Notes under the pieces: model-generated
Database searches by the model: none
Seen by the model: the letters and a program-made list of their open reading frames with translations, nothing else
What the model was told of the DNA's origin: nothing
Program-made: the position numbers and the translations under genes
Assembly: GCA_012295275.1 (NCBI GenBank)
Contig: CM022679.1
Location: forward strand, 27,590,001 to 27,654,000
Length of the DNA stretch: 64,000 nucleotides
Direction: 5' to 3'
Origin: Chrysomallon squamiferum
Taxonomy: Eukaryota > Animalia > Mollusca
In this document: positions 1 to 30,129 of the stretch, piece by piece
Position numbering within the stretch: position 1 is the first letter of the stretch
Layout of the letters: each line of letters begins with the position of its first letter

Positions 1-242
1 TATCTCTTAAAATCTAAGGTTGGGCCCAGACTGGTGTTGTTCCATAACCCTACAGCAGTTATGATAATAATGGTGATGATGATAATAACACAAAAGTAGA
101 AATAATAAGAAAGAAAATAAAAACGACAAAGTGAAAAAAAAAAAAAAAAAAAAAAAAAAACTTTATAAAGATAAAGGGAAACAAGCTGTGGTATACATTT
201 TACACTATACATACTAAAAGAAAACAAAATATTTGTACTTAC

Positions 243-1807
<1,565 letters not shown>

Positions 1808-3360
1808 CCTGGTCTCGTTCAAACAACAAGTGTTGTACAACTAGGAAGTTTAACTCGATATGTAAATATTACAATTTCCGTTTGTTATAACGACGGTTCA
1901 TTCTGGAACAAGTACTTTTCTGCGCATTGTCTAATTTAGTTGTTTCAGGTTTCTCCCATGATAATAATAAAAATATATAAAAACAACAAAAATAAGAAAG
2001 AAAGAAAAACCGTCAAGCAACAAACAAAGAAACAACAAATGCAGTCTTTGTCAGGGTTCTCCCACGAGAGTCAAAAAAACAAAAAACAACAGACAACAAC
2101 AACAACAAAAAAAAAAAAATGAAATCTTAAAATCAGCAACATAACAACATAAAAGCTTAATTCTTTTATGAATTTTCAAATTCGTCTTTTAATCAAAATA
2201 TAAGAGAGGAAACTACACTATTTCTGATGTTAGAAAGTGTTAATGCTCAAGAATACACCTTCCCGTGAACGGCAAATATAAAATAAGGAGTATGATCAGG
2301 AAAAATCAACTAACACTTTTCTATACAACTCAAATATAGGTTGCAGAATGATTGAACAGAATTTATTCTTAAAGCTACTGTTTTGGAGAAACTATGAAGA
2401 ACTGTTTGGAAATTTATTGATTTACATCATTTTGAATTTGGTAAAATAATTGTGATGCTATCACGGTGATGATGATAAATAAATAAATAAATAAATAAAT
2501 AGTTATAATATTATTTCACAAAATGATTTTAAAACAAACGCTATGAATACAACATAAAAACTTTATTGTATAGATTGATAAGCATTCAAACTTGAAAACA
2601 AAATATTACTCAAGGAATAAACAAGAAGCAAACTGTATTTCAGGTAACAAAGATAATTTAAAATTAAAAAGTAAAGAGTATTTTTGTTATTTGTATTTAC
2701 AAATAAAGATAAACAGTAAAATGTAATAAAAAAAAAGTGTTAAGCTGTCAAATGCATTTATTTTGTTTCTGGTTTAAGCATTTCAAGTATTGTGTAACTT
2801 CTAACTGTGCCTGCTTTAATCAACTTCCATTACCAGTTTTATATAAAACCCGGCTATGAATAAATGATCAGATATAAAAGAAAATAGGAAAAGCAACAAC
2901 AATAAATAAATAAATAAACAAATAAATAGATAAATAAATAGCCATGAATTAAAATGAAAAAACAAACACAAACAAAAAGTACACAAAACCCAAGAAAGCA
3001 TCAACAAGAACAAAAAGCAACATAAATTAATATCAACAATTAAAACAATCAGACAAAAAGCATTTCCTTTTCTAAGCATAATTTACTGCGAAAATAATCT
3101 GAAAAAAAATGAAGCACTCATATATTTTTTAATTGTTGTTGTTGTATTCTATCATAATTTCATCTTCACAGATATCATAGATAGATAACCAGATAGACAG
3201 ATAGATAGGTAGATAGATACAAATTTATTAATTTATTTATCTATTTATTTATTTATTTATTTTTGATAGACTTAGTTGCATATTATTAATATTTTATTTG
3301 CTTGTTTTATTTTTTTTTATTTTCTTATCTTTTCTTTTCTCTTTTATTATTATTATCATT

Positions 3361-3405
<45 letters not shown>

Positions 3406-4645
3406 TCTGATAGATCGGAGATTTTAGTAATTCGTTTGTCACAGCTTGATGACCTCATAGTATGAACTTTCACCCGATTGATTGTGGTCAATATTGTCGT
3501 ACGTATTTCCTTCTGTACGTTTTTTCTGTATTTGAGTTTCTTCGCCTTTATTTTCTTAAGTCTAGAAAAAAATAAACTAACTAACTAAATAAATAAATAG
3601 TAAAAAATAAACAAAAGAAAGAAACAAAAGGAAAACAACAAAATACAGATTTAAAAAAAGAAAGAACACCACATCGAGTTTACCATTAATATACCCATTT
3701 AATGAAACAAATTCTATACACAACTTTTAATATTTCCATTTCTCGATTTTATATTTAAGTATATGAAATATATATGTATATATACATAAAAGAAAACAAC
3801 AACATTCCGTTAGACACACAGAAGAGCACACACACACAGACACACACACACACATACATTTAAATGACAGTATTAATTAATACATTAATAAGCCTGAAGC
3901 ATAATAGAGACACTTCTATTATGATTATGACCATATATCCGATTTTCTAAAAAAATTATTAACTCGATAATAATTTATAGCCTTGCGTGTCTGTTACTTA
4001 CATTATTATAACAATAATAAAGACAAGAGAAAACAGAATAAGTGTTCCAGTTGTGACTGCCAAAGAAACTGCCAGCTTTTTGGTGACTTGATTTGTTGAT
4101 GGATAGAGAGACACAGAGAGAGAAAGAAAGGGTGAAACAGACATTAATAGTACACATCTCTACTGGAAATTAAAACTGTATTTATGATAGAGATAGTCAC
4201 TAAAACAATATAATATATAGTTGTTTCTGACATACAAAACGTGCTGAGTAAATCAGTGTATTAGAAAATTTAAAATAAATGATGAAATTTGAACATATTC
4301 TTAATTAATTCATTATTGTACAGCAGCTAAGCTTAAACAGATGAACAAAAAATTAACTCGCATCTCTACAAACTAACATAGATAATCTATCTTCTGTCTA
4401 CGTGTGACCCTCTCTATCTGTCTACTCTATCCCTCTCTTCTCTGTCTGTCTAACAATCTATCACTTTATCTGTCTGTTTATATTTCTACCTATCGATCGA
4501 TCGATCCATCATCCATCCATCAGTCCACCCACCCACCCATCAAATCTTGCTTATCTGTCTCTCCATCTAGCTGTCTGATTGTCAGTCAGCTGTGTGTGTG
4601 TGTATACGTATGTATATATTTCTCTCTCTCTCTCCCTCCCTCCCT

Positions 4646-4758
<113 letters not shown>

Positions 4759-4949
4759 CACACACACACACACACACACAGACACACACTCAGACACACA
4801 CGTGTGACACTATTCGTTTATTGCAATTTATATATAATAAAAACATTTGAAAGAAAAAGAATGAAACACAAATAAGAAGAAAACAGAAACACAGGAAACT
4901 AAAGAAATAATGTGAAAATAAATACCTCTCTGGTGTTAATATATATAAT

Positions 4950-5092
4950 TTGCGAGTGCCCCAACTTACGAGCTTTCCGAGTTACGAGCAGTCGCTAGGT
5001 CGATTTTTAGGTTTGAGTTGAGGCCCAAAATCCGAGTTACGAGCGAGTTTCAGATACGCCGCCACTAGTTGGCGCAACAAACAACACAACAC
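4950..5092 (+). mobile_element. Fragment of the 5' end of a pogo/Tigger-like DNA transposon
   Basis: Matches 12650-12686 directly and the reverse complement of 12385-12487, so it is the same element family as the intronic copies. Confidence 0.7.
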
Positions 5093-5191
<99 letters not shown>

Positions 5192-5199
5192 AGTCATAT

Positions 5200-5880
5200 A
5201 CCCCCAAAAATGCTATTCACATTTTTGGTAGAAGCGTCAGTAACTGGTGTAGTCAGTGACAATGGTGGCGCATGCTGTTAATCAGGCGTTGGAAATAACA
5301 TTAAAGAATTGCTTGCCATTCTGCAACTAATTGCTGAGCCAGACACTGGAGGTTGTCGACATGGACTTGATGTGATCGAACTCGCCGCCCTTGTTCATCC
5401 CACGCATGCACTATGGATGACAAGTCTGGTGAATACGCAGGCCAGTGCTCGTGCTTAACATTCTGCTGCTGCAAGGAAGTCGGTCACCATCTGGTCTTGC
5501 GTTGTCGTTCTGAAACCAAGCTGGTCCAATCCCTGCCATGAAGAACTGGAGCAAGTGCCAAAACTCATCTGTGAATTGTTCTGCCAAAGATGCTCCCTGA
5601 AGTGGTCAATAAAAATCCCTTCTGAGGTCGGAATGCCGTTATGGTCGGACCGCATGATTCCGAAAACGGCCTTGGTCTCGAGGATGGATCTACCGGTAAC
5701 TGAATTGTTTAAAGATTTAGACGGTCAAAGCCACTGTAGCAATGCCGTTATCATCACAAAACGGTCTTCTCGTCTTCCAGAATCTACCGGTAACACTTTG
5801 GCTTATATTTAGACGGTGAGCCATAGATCTTAGAATATGTCCATCTTGTAGGCAAAAGGTTCCTTTGTCCCTTAACTTCT
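5200..5880. other. GC-richer island, probably a degenerate transposon fragment (unclassified)
   Basis: Abrupt compositional shift between microsatellites, short broken ORFs, and an internal duplication TCTACCGGTAAC...TTAGACGGT (about 5688-5733 and 5783-5823). Family not recognised. Confidence 0.3.
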
Positions 5881-5893
5881 TTTCAGTAATGTA

Positions 5894-5933
<40 letters not shown>

Positions 5934-6379
5934 GTATGTATATATATGTGTGTGTGTGTCTAATTGTTTCAAAACAAAAACTTATATTAAATCAGTGACT
6001 TACCAAATTGAGTGAAAGTGTGTTGACATAATAATATAAAAACACAAAACAAAAACACAGAACTCATCGTTGTCACGTTCAAACAACAAATGTTGTACAA
6101 CTAGGAAGTTTAACTCGATATTTTATTATTCTCATTTCCATATGTTACATTGACGCTCATTCAGGAACATAAGTGTCATAGGATTAGTCATCGTGTTTGG
6201 TTTCACGTTCAAGTCTTTGGTAAGTACTTTTCAGTTCATTGTTCAGTCTGGTTCTTTCAGGTTTCTCCCATGACAGTATATATATATAAATAAAATAAAA
6301 AAATAATAAAAATGAAAAAATAAAAAAAAAAAAAAATAAATGCAAATCCACAAATAAATAAATAAATAAATAAATAAAT

Positions 6380-6509
6380 CAATAAATATTTTTTTCATCA
6401 GGAATAGTACGAATGTTCTATGAAATGCCCAAGTTTAAATTTTCATGTTCTTCTTTTTTCTGTTTTGAAATTTTCATTTGAAGTTCTTCGCCTTAGTTTT
6501 CTTTAGAGT
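6380..6509 (-). pseudogene. Degenerate cytoplasmic-tail exon of a D-type receptor
   Basis: After an AG acceptor, ACTCTAAAGAAAACTAAGGCGAAGAACTTCAAATGAAAAT... aligns with the first half of the D tail exon (43832 onward), with stops and frameshifts. Confidence 0.6.
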
Positions 6510-6712
6510 CTAATATAGAAATAATCAAATAAATAAAATAAATAAATAAATAAATAAATAAATCGTTTAAATAAATAACCTCTAAATGGAAAGATGACGT
6601 TATAAAAATTGATCTGATTTGTCAGTTTCTGTATCTGGTCTGAAAATGAATCCAGACATGGATTATTACTGTCGTTCACATAAAAAAAGATAACAAAGAA
6701 AATTTTCTGGAG

Positions 6713-6845
6713 ACTGTTCAGATGTAAAAATAACAAATCTGTACAATTATTACTATCAGTTCAGATGTAAGTAAAACAACAAATCTACACAATTATTACT
6801 GTCAGTTCAGATGTAAGTAAGATAACAAATCTACACAATTATTAT
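6713..6845. repeat. About 46-bp tandem repeat, about 3 copies
   Basis: Unit ACTGTCAGTTCAGATGTAAGTAAAACAACAAATCTACACAATTATT. It lies at the switch from minus-strand to plus-strand receptor fragments. Confidence 0.8.
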
Positions 6846-7112
6846 AAATAAATTAATAAAAAGTAGCAAAAAAGAAAGAAAACAAAACAACGTTTAAAAT
6901 ACGAATAAACTTTAGTGAAACAAATTTTGACTTAACTTTTAATATTTCTTTTTCATTATTATAGATTAAAAAAACCCTTTCCGTTCTAATTTCTAATGTA
7001 AACATTTGACACACACACACACACACACACACACACAACACACACACACACACACATACACACTTATTATATATAGATACAAATATTTTATATATAATAA
7101 TAATGATTTCAG

Positions 7113-8252
<1,140 letters not shown>

Positions 8253-8311
8253 GATACACACATACAAATTTAAATATTAATCTCTATTTTCCTTGCAGTA
8301 AACCAGTACAG

Positions 8312-8345
8312 GTGGTTTCCCTTGTATACACCAGTGAACTTCCTG
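8312..8345 (+). promoter_or_regulatory. Putative proximal promoter motifs: kappaB-like GTGGTTTCCC and ETS core ACTTCCTG
   Basis: ACTTCCT lies about 42-49 nt upstream of the ATG of the leader exons (8338, 9829, B/C copies, 34009, and 1843 and 6103 on the minus strand). The kappaB-like motif also occurs at 9803. Motif match only. Confidence 0.4.
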
Positions 8346-8384
8346 ATTAACTCTCGTAACATTTGATAGACAGCCATAACAAAA

Positions 8385-8448
8385 ATGTCTTCTCCATTTT
8401 TTATTTGTTTTTTGTTTGTATTTTCAAAACAAGCATTTGCCGGCTTCG
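8385..8448 (+). CDS. Alternative (distal) signal-peptide exon of gene A
   Basis: MSSPFFICFLFVFSKQAFAGF, 64 nt, GTAAGT phase-1 donor. Paralog of the proximal leader at 9878. Confidence 0.7.
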
Positions 8449-8770
8449 GTAAGTTATGAATTGTTTACATATAACATTAACTATAACGAAATAAATATAT
8501 AGAGGAATATACATATTATACACACGTACATATTTATAGACAGACATACCTGTAAGAACAAACAGGAAAGAAAATACGTAATGGAACAAGGTGAGTGTCT
8601 AGTCTGTTGACATTTGTTTCGTTTACAGAGAAAGAGTTTAGAATATATCACTTCACTGTCTCATATGGATATATTAGAAGGAAATTTCCACCATTTTCAT
8701 TTGCATTATTCCATTTACAGAATATCTATATCTATCTAGGTATCTATCTATCTATCTATCTATACATACA

Positions 8771-8886
<116 letters not shown>

Positions 8887-9668
8887 TGCATATACATACA
8901 CATACAAGTGTTTGTATATATGTTATCTTTCCGCGCGTGTGTGTGGTGCGGTTGTGTGTGTTTTGTATTTATTTAAATGAAAGGAAAAAATACTGTTTTA
9001 TATTATAATAATATATTCTAGAAATGTTGGTAATAATAGAACACACAACAATTCTACGCTTGATATTTCTCCGTGATATCTCCTGCATACTGTTCCCACA
9101 CTAATTTATTCTGCATGTAACGTCCTCCACAGTTACTGAAAATAAAACGAACTACACAAACCTGTCAGATCACATTTATAAATAACAACAAATAACGTTT
9201 CTTTGAATAGAAGTCGGAGTGGGTTTTTTATATTTATACAAGTCAATCACAATGAAAAATTCGCCTGTTTATGTGTGTTTTCAAATGTGCAATAGATAAA
9301 TGACAGATAGTGTTGTACCTTTAAACACCGATTCATGTATTAAATTTCTGACACTCTAATATGTAGCTCTGGGTAATCAACTTTGAGTAATAATTATAAT
9401 GAATGTTGCTGATACCTGCAGCGATGCTGTTTAACTTATATGTGTGTTTCTGTTTTAATACAGCACACAATTATAATAAGTAAAATAAACAAAAATAAAT
9501 ATCTATTTTAATACACTAAACAAATAAATAAATAAATAAATAAATAAATAAACGTAAATGGATAAAATAAAGAAACAAACAAATAAATAAATGAACACAT
9601 ACGCACGCACACACGAACATATATATACGTGTATATATATATGTGTGTTTGAGTGCATGCACGTTTGT

Positions 9669-9701
<33 letters not shown>

Positions 9702-9877
9702 ACCCACAGAGTCACATATACACATACATACCTACATACATACATACTACATACACAGCTTTAAATTTAAATATTAACCTTTACTCTCACTGAAGTAAGC
9801 CAGTAGTTTCCCTTGAATACACCACTGAACTTCCTGGTTTACTGTACTAAGAACTGAAACACAGCCATAAAAAAAAG

Positions 9878-14102
<4,225 letters not shown>

Positions 14103-14104
14103 AT

Positions 14105-14205
<101 letters not shown>

Positions 14206-14929
14206 CATTATCACTTTTATTCATATTTCTTTTCTTAATTTGTTATTAATATCGTCGTCCTTATTATTGTTCTTACTACTACTACTAAACCAACAATAAC
14301 TACAACCGTTATCACTCTTATTAAGCTGGTGATGCTATTGCTATTACTACTAATAGTATTACTATCCCTACTATTAGAACAAAAAAGCTGAATGTTAGTG
14401 AACAATGAAATTCTGATTAAAATTTAAAATGTATTTGTCATTAACATAATCGTCGTTTTTGCTTAACTTTGATTTCTATATATTGAATTAATTTCATTAA
14501 ACAGAATTTAAAATAAATTCGCTGAGAGAAGATATATTTACTGAACTGGAAGAAAAAATATTAAGAAAAAAAGCAAAAATCTCTGAATAAAGAAAAGAAA
14601 AATATAATAATAAAAATAATAATCGATTTAGAAAAAAAAGCTTAGGAATTTAACTAAATTAATTACAAATATATATATATACACACACACACACACATGC
14701 ACACACATACACACATTTATATTTCTACTACTTTGATTCTTGTTATGTTCATATATATAAATTATTCTAAAGCAATGTGAATGTATCAAATTACATGATT
14801 ACATCTATCTGTTTTCTGTTACTAGTGTATAATGTTCTTCAGAACGCACTGCTTTAGAGAGAAAAATACATTAATAGATAATTATATGAAAACAAACTGC
14901 CATTGCTGCTATTTCGTTTTAATTTGTAA

Positions 14930-15054
14930 ATCATTCTCCACTGCAACCAGAATGATATGCACGATCCAACTGTGTTTTTACACTCAGAATTCTTACATAC
15001 ATGAATACCTGGGAAAATAAAAAATAAAAATAATAATAATAATAATAATAATAA

Positions 15055-15085
<31 letters not shown>

Positions 15086-15240
15086 AAGAAGAAGAAGAAG
15101 AAGAAGAAGAAGAAGAAGAAGAAGAAGAAGAAGAAGAAGAAGAAACAAGATCATGAAGAAGAACAAGAATATGAAAAATAATTTATCATTTTCTTGTACA
15201 ATTAAAACCATCTCCACTGCATCCAGTACAAGAACATGTT
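14930..15240 (-). pseudogene. Degenerate Ca-binding EGF exon relics (also at about 22995-23280)
   Basis: Reverse complement gives ...KNSECKNTVGS.. and TCSCTGCSGDG-like fragments, homologous to 31395-31700. Confidence 0.6.
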
Positions 15241-16573
15241 GTTGTTGTTGACACTACGAACTGTTAATATTAAAATCTTTTGAAATATTTAATACAAGGC
15301 TATATTTGTATTGCTGTTCTGTTGGTTATCATTAATATTTTAAACGGAACATTTAGAACATTTTGTGTTTTTGATGCCTGTAACTTTTCATGCAATAATG
15401 TTTGCTAATTTTTTTTTTTTCACAGATTTTGTTATAAAATCATTTAGTGAAATAATATATAAACAGTTTAGCTTTATTATTATAGTTCTGTATTTCCGTG
15501 TTTTGAGAATGGTGAAAATATAATAATTTTAAAACCTTCAGAAAATCTTAATTTCTTTTAAAAGCTATATATATATATATATATATTACACTAAACCATG
15601 TATGAAAGGAAAGTATAAAAGTTTTATTTCTGACCGATCTACCTTTTTTATTGTCATGTTATTTGAGAGATTAATACAACACTGACGTAAGTGAACCATC
15701 TAATGATGGAGATAACTGTCACTTAGATTCCTACGCAGCAATCATAAAACTCTGAATGTGTAAACAACTGGTAACGAAAAGGATAGTGACATATATAGAT
15801 ATGGAGACCATAGAACACATTATATAAATCTAAGGAAATAAAGGTGTACTAGATCACTGACTAGAAACGGAAGAAAATAAAACTCACTCTATAATGTGAT
15901 AACAGTTTTTGATTCATAGAGAAAGAGTCTAGCGGAAAACGTGGTAATACAATAAATATATAAATATATAGTTTATTCAGTCTTTTCTTTCTTTTTTTAT
16001 AATAAATATAAATAAATAAATAATAATAATATTAATAATAATAATAATAAAAGAAAAAGAAAAATAAATAAAGAAATTAATTAAAAAAGAAAGAAAGAAA
16101 GAAAGAATGAAAGAATGAAAGAAAAAAATAAAAAGAAAAATATAAAACGACGTGGTAGACGTATCTCCAAATCTCCATGGAAACTGGCAGATGACTGAAG
16201 ATGGTTTCAGAGACTGGCATACGCTAATTCACAGAAGAAAGTGAAATCCTCCTGTAATAAAATAATAAAATAAATAAATAAATAAATAAATAAATAAATA
16301 CATAAATAAATAAATAAATAAAAATAAAATAAATATATTATCTACCAAACAGTGATGATGTCAATCTTAATAATTAGAGAAAAGAAAATTAAGATCACAT
16401 ACACACACAGACACACAAATATACACAAGGATGTACACATGGATACACACACACAAATTTAAATATTAATCTCTATTTTCCTTGCAGTAAACCAGTACAG
16501 GTGGTTTCCCTTGTATACACCAGTGAACTTCCTGACTAACTTTCGTAACATTTGATAGACAGCCATAACAAAA

Positions 16574-16637
16574 ATGTCTTCTCCATTTTTGATTTGTTTT
16601 TTGTTTGTATTTTCAAAACAAGTATTTGCCGGCTTCG
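16574..16637 (+). CDS. Alternative (distal) signal-peptide exon of gene B
   Basis: MSSPFLICFLFVFSKQVFAGF followed by GTAAGT. Confidence 0.7.
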
Positions 16638-16929
16638 GTAAGTTATGAATTGTTTACATATAACATTAACTATTACGAAATAAATATATAGAGAAATATA
16701 CATATTATACACACGTACATATTTATAGACAGACATACCTGTAACAACAAACAGGAAAGAAAATATGTAATGGAACAAGGTGAGTGTCTAGTCTGTTGAC
16801 ATTTGTGTCGTTTACAGAGAAAGAGTTTAGAATATATCACTTCACTGTCTCATATGGATATATTAGAAGGAAATTTCCACCATTTTCATTTGCATTATTC
16901 CATTTACAGAATATCTATATCTATCTAGG

Positions 16930-16980
<51 letters not shown>

Positions 16981-17904
16981 ACATACATACATACCTACCT
17001 ACATACATCCATACATATATATATATACATATACATACATATATATATATATATACACACACACACATACATACATTCATACATATATATGCATATACAT
17101 ACACCTACAAGTGTTTGTATATATGTTATCTTTCCGCGCGTGTGTGTGGGTGCGGTTATGTGTGTTTTGTATTTATTTATATGAAAGGAAAAAAATAATG
17201 TCCTATATTATAATAATATATTCTAGAAATGTTGTTAATAATAGAACATACAACAATTCTACGCTCGATATTCTCCGTGCTAAGATATCTCCTGCATACT
17301 GTTCCCACACTAATTTAACTGCATGTAACGTCCTTCACAGTTACTGAAAATAAAACGAACTACACAAACCTGTCAGATCACATTTATAAATAACAACAAA
17401 GAACGTTTCTTTGAATAGAAGTCGGCGTGGGTATTTTATATTATTTATACAAGTCAATCGCAATGAAAAATTCACCTGTTTGTGTGTGTTTTCAAATGTG
17501 CAATAGATAAATGACAGACAGTGTTGTACCTTTAAACACCGATTCATGTATTAAATTTCTGACACTCTAATATGTAGCTCTGAGTAATCAACTTTGAGTA
17601 ATAATTATAATGAATGTTGCTGATACCTGCAACGATGCTGTTTAACTTATATGTGTGTTTCTGTTTAAATACAGCACACAATTATAATAAGTAAAATAAA
17701 CAAAAATAAATAACTATTTTGATACACTAAATAAATAAATAAATAAATGTAAATGGATAAAATAAAGAAACAAACATACATACACACATACAAATTTAAA
17801 TATTAACCTTTACTCTCACTGAAGTAAGCAAGTAGTTTCCCTTGAATACACCATTGAACTTCCTGGTTCACTGTACTAAGAACTGAAACACAGTCATACC
17901 AAAG

Positions 17905-22173
<4,269 letters not shown>

Positions 22174-22177
22174 ATAA

Positions 22178-22271
<94 letters not shown>

Positions 22272-23094
22272 CATTATCACTTTTATTCATATTTCTTTTC
22301 TTAATTTGTTATTAATATCGTCGTCCTTATTATTGTTCTTACTACTACTACTAAACCAACAATAACTACAACCGTTATCATTCTTATTAAGCTGGTGATG
22401 CAATTGCTATTACTACTAATAGTATTACTAACCCTACTATTAGAACAAAAAAGCTGAATGTTAGTGAACAATGAAATTCTGATTAAAATTTAAAATGTAT
22501 TTGTCATTAACATAATCGTCGTTTTTGCTTTGATTTCTATATATTGAATTAATTTCATTAAACAGAATTTAAAATAAATTCGCTGAGAGAAGATATATTT
22601 ACTGAAATGGAAGAAAAAATATTAAGAAAAAAAGCAAAAATCTCTGAATAAAGAAAAGAAAAATATAATAATAAAAATAATAATCGATTTAGAAAAAAAA
22701 CGCTTAGGAATTTAACTAAATTAATTATCAATATATATATATACACACACATGCACACACATACACACATATACACACATTTATATTTCTACTACTTTGA
22801 TTCTTGTTATGTTCATATATATAAATTATTCTAAAGCAATGTGAATGTAGCAAATTACGTGATTACATCTATCTGTTTTCTGTTACTAGTGTATAATGTT
22901 CTTCAGAAGGCACGGCTTTAGAGAGAGAAATACATTAATAGATAATTATATGCAAACAAACTACCATTGCTGCTATTTCGTTTTAATTTGTAAATCATTC
23001 TCCACTGCAACCAGAATGATATGCACGATCCAACTGTGTTTTTACACTCAGAATTCTTATAATCATGAATAACTGAAAATAATAATAATAATAA

Positions 23095-23125
<31 letters not shown>

Positions 23126-23634
23126 AAGAAGAAGAAGAAGAAGAAGAAGAAGAAGAAGACGAAGAAGAAGAAGAAGAAGAAGAAACAAGATCATGAAGAA
23201 GAACAAGAATATGAAAAATAATTTATCATTTTCTTGTAGAATTAAATCCATCTGCACTGCATCCAGTACAAGAACATGTTGCTGTTGTTGACACCTGTTA
23301 ATATTAAAATCTTTTGAAATATTTAATACCAAACTATATTTGTATTGCGGTTCTGTTGCTTATCATTAATATTTTAAACGGAACATTTAGAACATTTTGT
23401 GTTTTTGATGCCTGTAACTTTTCATGCAATAATGTTTGCCAATTTTTTTTTGTTCACAGATTTTATTATAAAATCATTTAATGAAATAATATATATACAG
23501 TTTAGCTTTATTATTATAGTTCTGTATTTCCGTGTTTCGAAAATGGTGAAAATATAATAATTTTAAAACCTTCTGAAAATCTTAATCACTTTTAAAAGCT
23601 ATATCTATCTATCTATCTATCTATATATATATAT

Positions 23635-23665
<31 letters not shown>

Positions 23666-23666
23666 T

Positions 23667-23697
<31 letters not shown>

Positions 23698-24368
23698 TTA
23701 CACTAAAACAATGTATGAAAGTATAAAAAATTTATTTCTGACCGATCTACCTTTTTTATTGTCATTTTATTTGAGAGATTAATACAACACTGTTATAAGT
23801 GAACCATCTAATGATGGAGATAACTGTCACTTAGATTCCTACGAAGCATCCATAAAACTCTGAATGTGTAAACAACTGGGGACGAAAAGGGTAGTGACAT
23901 ATATAGATATGGAGACCATAGAACACATTATATAAATCTAAGGAAATAAAGGTGTACTAGATCACTGACTAGAAACGGAAGAAAATAAAACGCACTCTAT
24001 AATGTGATAAGAGTTTTTGATTCATAGAGAAAGAGTCTAGTGGAAAGCGTGGTAATATATAATATAAATATATAGTTTATTCAATCTTTTCTTTCTTTTT
24101 TTTATAATAAATATAAATAAATAAATAATAATAATATTAATAATAATAATAAAAGAAAAATAAATAAAGAAATTAATTAAAAAGAAAGAAAGAAAGAAAG
24201 AATGAAAGAATGAAAGAAATAAAATATATAAAGAAACATATAAAACGACGTGGTAGACGTATCTCCAAATCTCCATGGAAACTGTCAGATGACTGAAGAT
24301 GGTTTTAGAGATTGGCATACGCTAATTCACAGAAGAAAGTGAAATCCTCCTGTAATAAAATAATAAAA

Positions 24369-24399
<31 letters not shown>

Positions 24400-24675
24400 A
24401 TACATAAATAAATAAATAAATAAAAATAAAATAAATATATTATCTACCAAACAGTGATGATGTCAATCTTAATAATTAGAGAAAAGAAAATTAAGATCAC
24501 ACACACACACAGACACACACAAATATACACAAGGATGTATACACGGATACACACATACAAATTTAAATATTAATCTATTTTCCTTGCAGTAAACCAGTAC
24601 AGGTAGTTTCCCTTGTATACACCAGAGAACTTCCTGATTAACTCTCGTAACATTTGAAAGACAGCCATAACAAAA

Positions 24676-24739
24676 ATGTCTTCTCCATTTTTGATTTGTT
24701 TTTTGTTTGTATTTTCAAAACAAGCATTTGCCGGCTTCG
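24676..24739 (+). CDS. Alternative (distal) signal-peptide exon of gene C
   Basis: MSSPFLICFLFVFSKQAFAGF followed by GTAAGT. Confidence 0.7.
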
Positions 24740-25061
24740 GTAAGTTATGAATTGTTTACATATAATATTAACTATTACGAAATAGATATATAGAGGAATA
24801 TACATATTATACACACGTACATATTTATAGACAGACATACCTGTAAGAACAAATAGGAAAGAAAATACGTAATGGGACAAGGCGAGTGTCTAGTCTGTTG
24901 ACATTTGTGTCGTTTACAGAGAAAGAGTTTAAAATATATCACTTCACTGTCTCATATGGATATATTAGAAGACATTTTGCACCATTTTCATTTGCATTAT
25001 TCCATTTACAGAATATCTATATCTATCTAGATATATACACTATCTATCTATACATACATAT

Positions 25062-25119
<58 letters not shown>

Positions 25120-25948
25120 ACACATACAAGTGTTTACATATATATGTTATCTTAAGTGTTTGTATATATGTTATCTTAACGCACGTGTGTGTGGGTGCGC
25201 TTGTGTGTGTTTTGTATTTATTTAAATGAAAGGAAAAAATACTGTGTTATATTATAATAATATATTCTAGAAATGTTGTTAATGATAGAACATACAACAA
25301 TTCTACGCTCGATATTCTCCGTGCTATGATATCTCCTGCATACTGTTCCCACACTAATTTAACTGCATGTAACGTCCTCCACAGTTACTGAAAATAAAAC
25401 GAACTACACAAACCTGTCAGATCACATTTATAAATAACAACAAATAACGTTTCTTTGAATAGAAGTCGGAGTGGGTATTTTATATTATTTATACAAGTCA
25501 ATCGCAATGAAAAATTCACCTGATTGTGTGTGTTTTCAAATGTGCAATAGATAAATGACAGACAGTGTTGTACCTTTAAACACCGATTCATGTATTAAAT
25601 TTCTGACACTCTAATATGTAGCTCTGAGTAATCAACTTTGAGTAATAATTATAATGAATGTTGCTGATACCTGCAACGATGCTGTTTAACTTATATGTGT
25701 GTTTCTGTTTAAATACAGCACACAATTATAATAAGTAAAATAAACTAAAATAAATAACTATTTTGATACACTAAATAAATAAATAAATAAATGTAAATGG
25801 ATAAAATAAAGAAACAAACATACATACACACATACAAATTTAAATATTAACCTTTACTGTCACTGAAGTAAGCAAGTAGTTTCCCTTGAATACACCATTG
25901 AACTTCCTGGTTCACTGTACTAAGAATTGAAACACAGTCATACCAAAG

Positions 25949-30129
<4,181 letters not shown>

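Noticed and set aside
5455-5812. Assigning the GC-rich island to Merlin/ISXO2-like transposases
   Set aside because: Only a vague resemblance (...IDHFREHLW) with no catalytic motif. It needs a Dfam/Repbase search.
16150-16255. Minus-strand exon-like segment in the spacer (also about 24250-24352)
   Set aside because: It has a good acceptor, but all three frames stop early and no homology was recognised.
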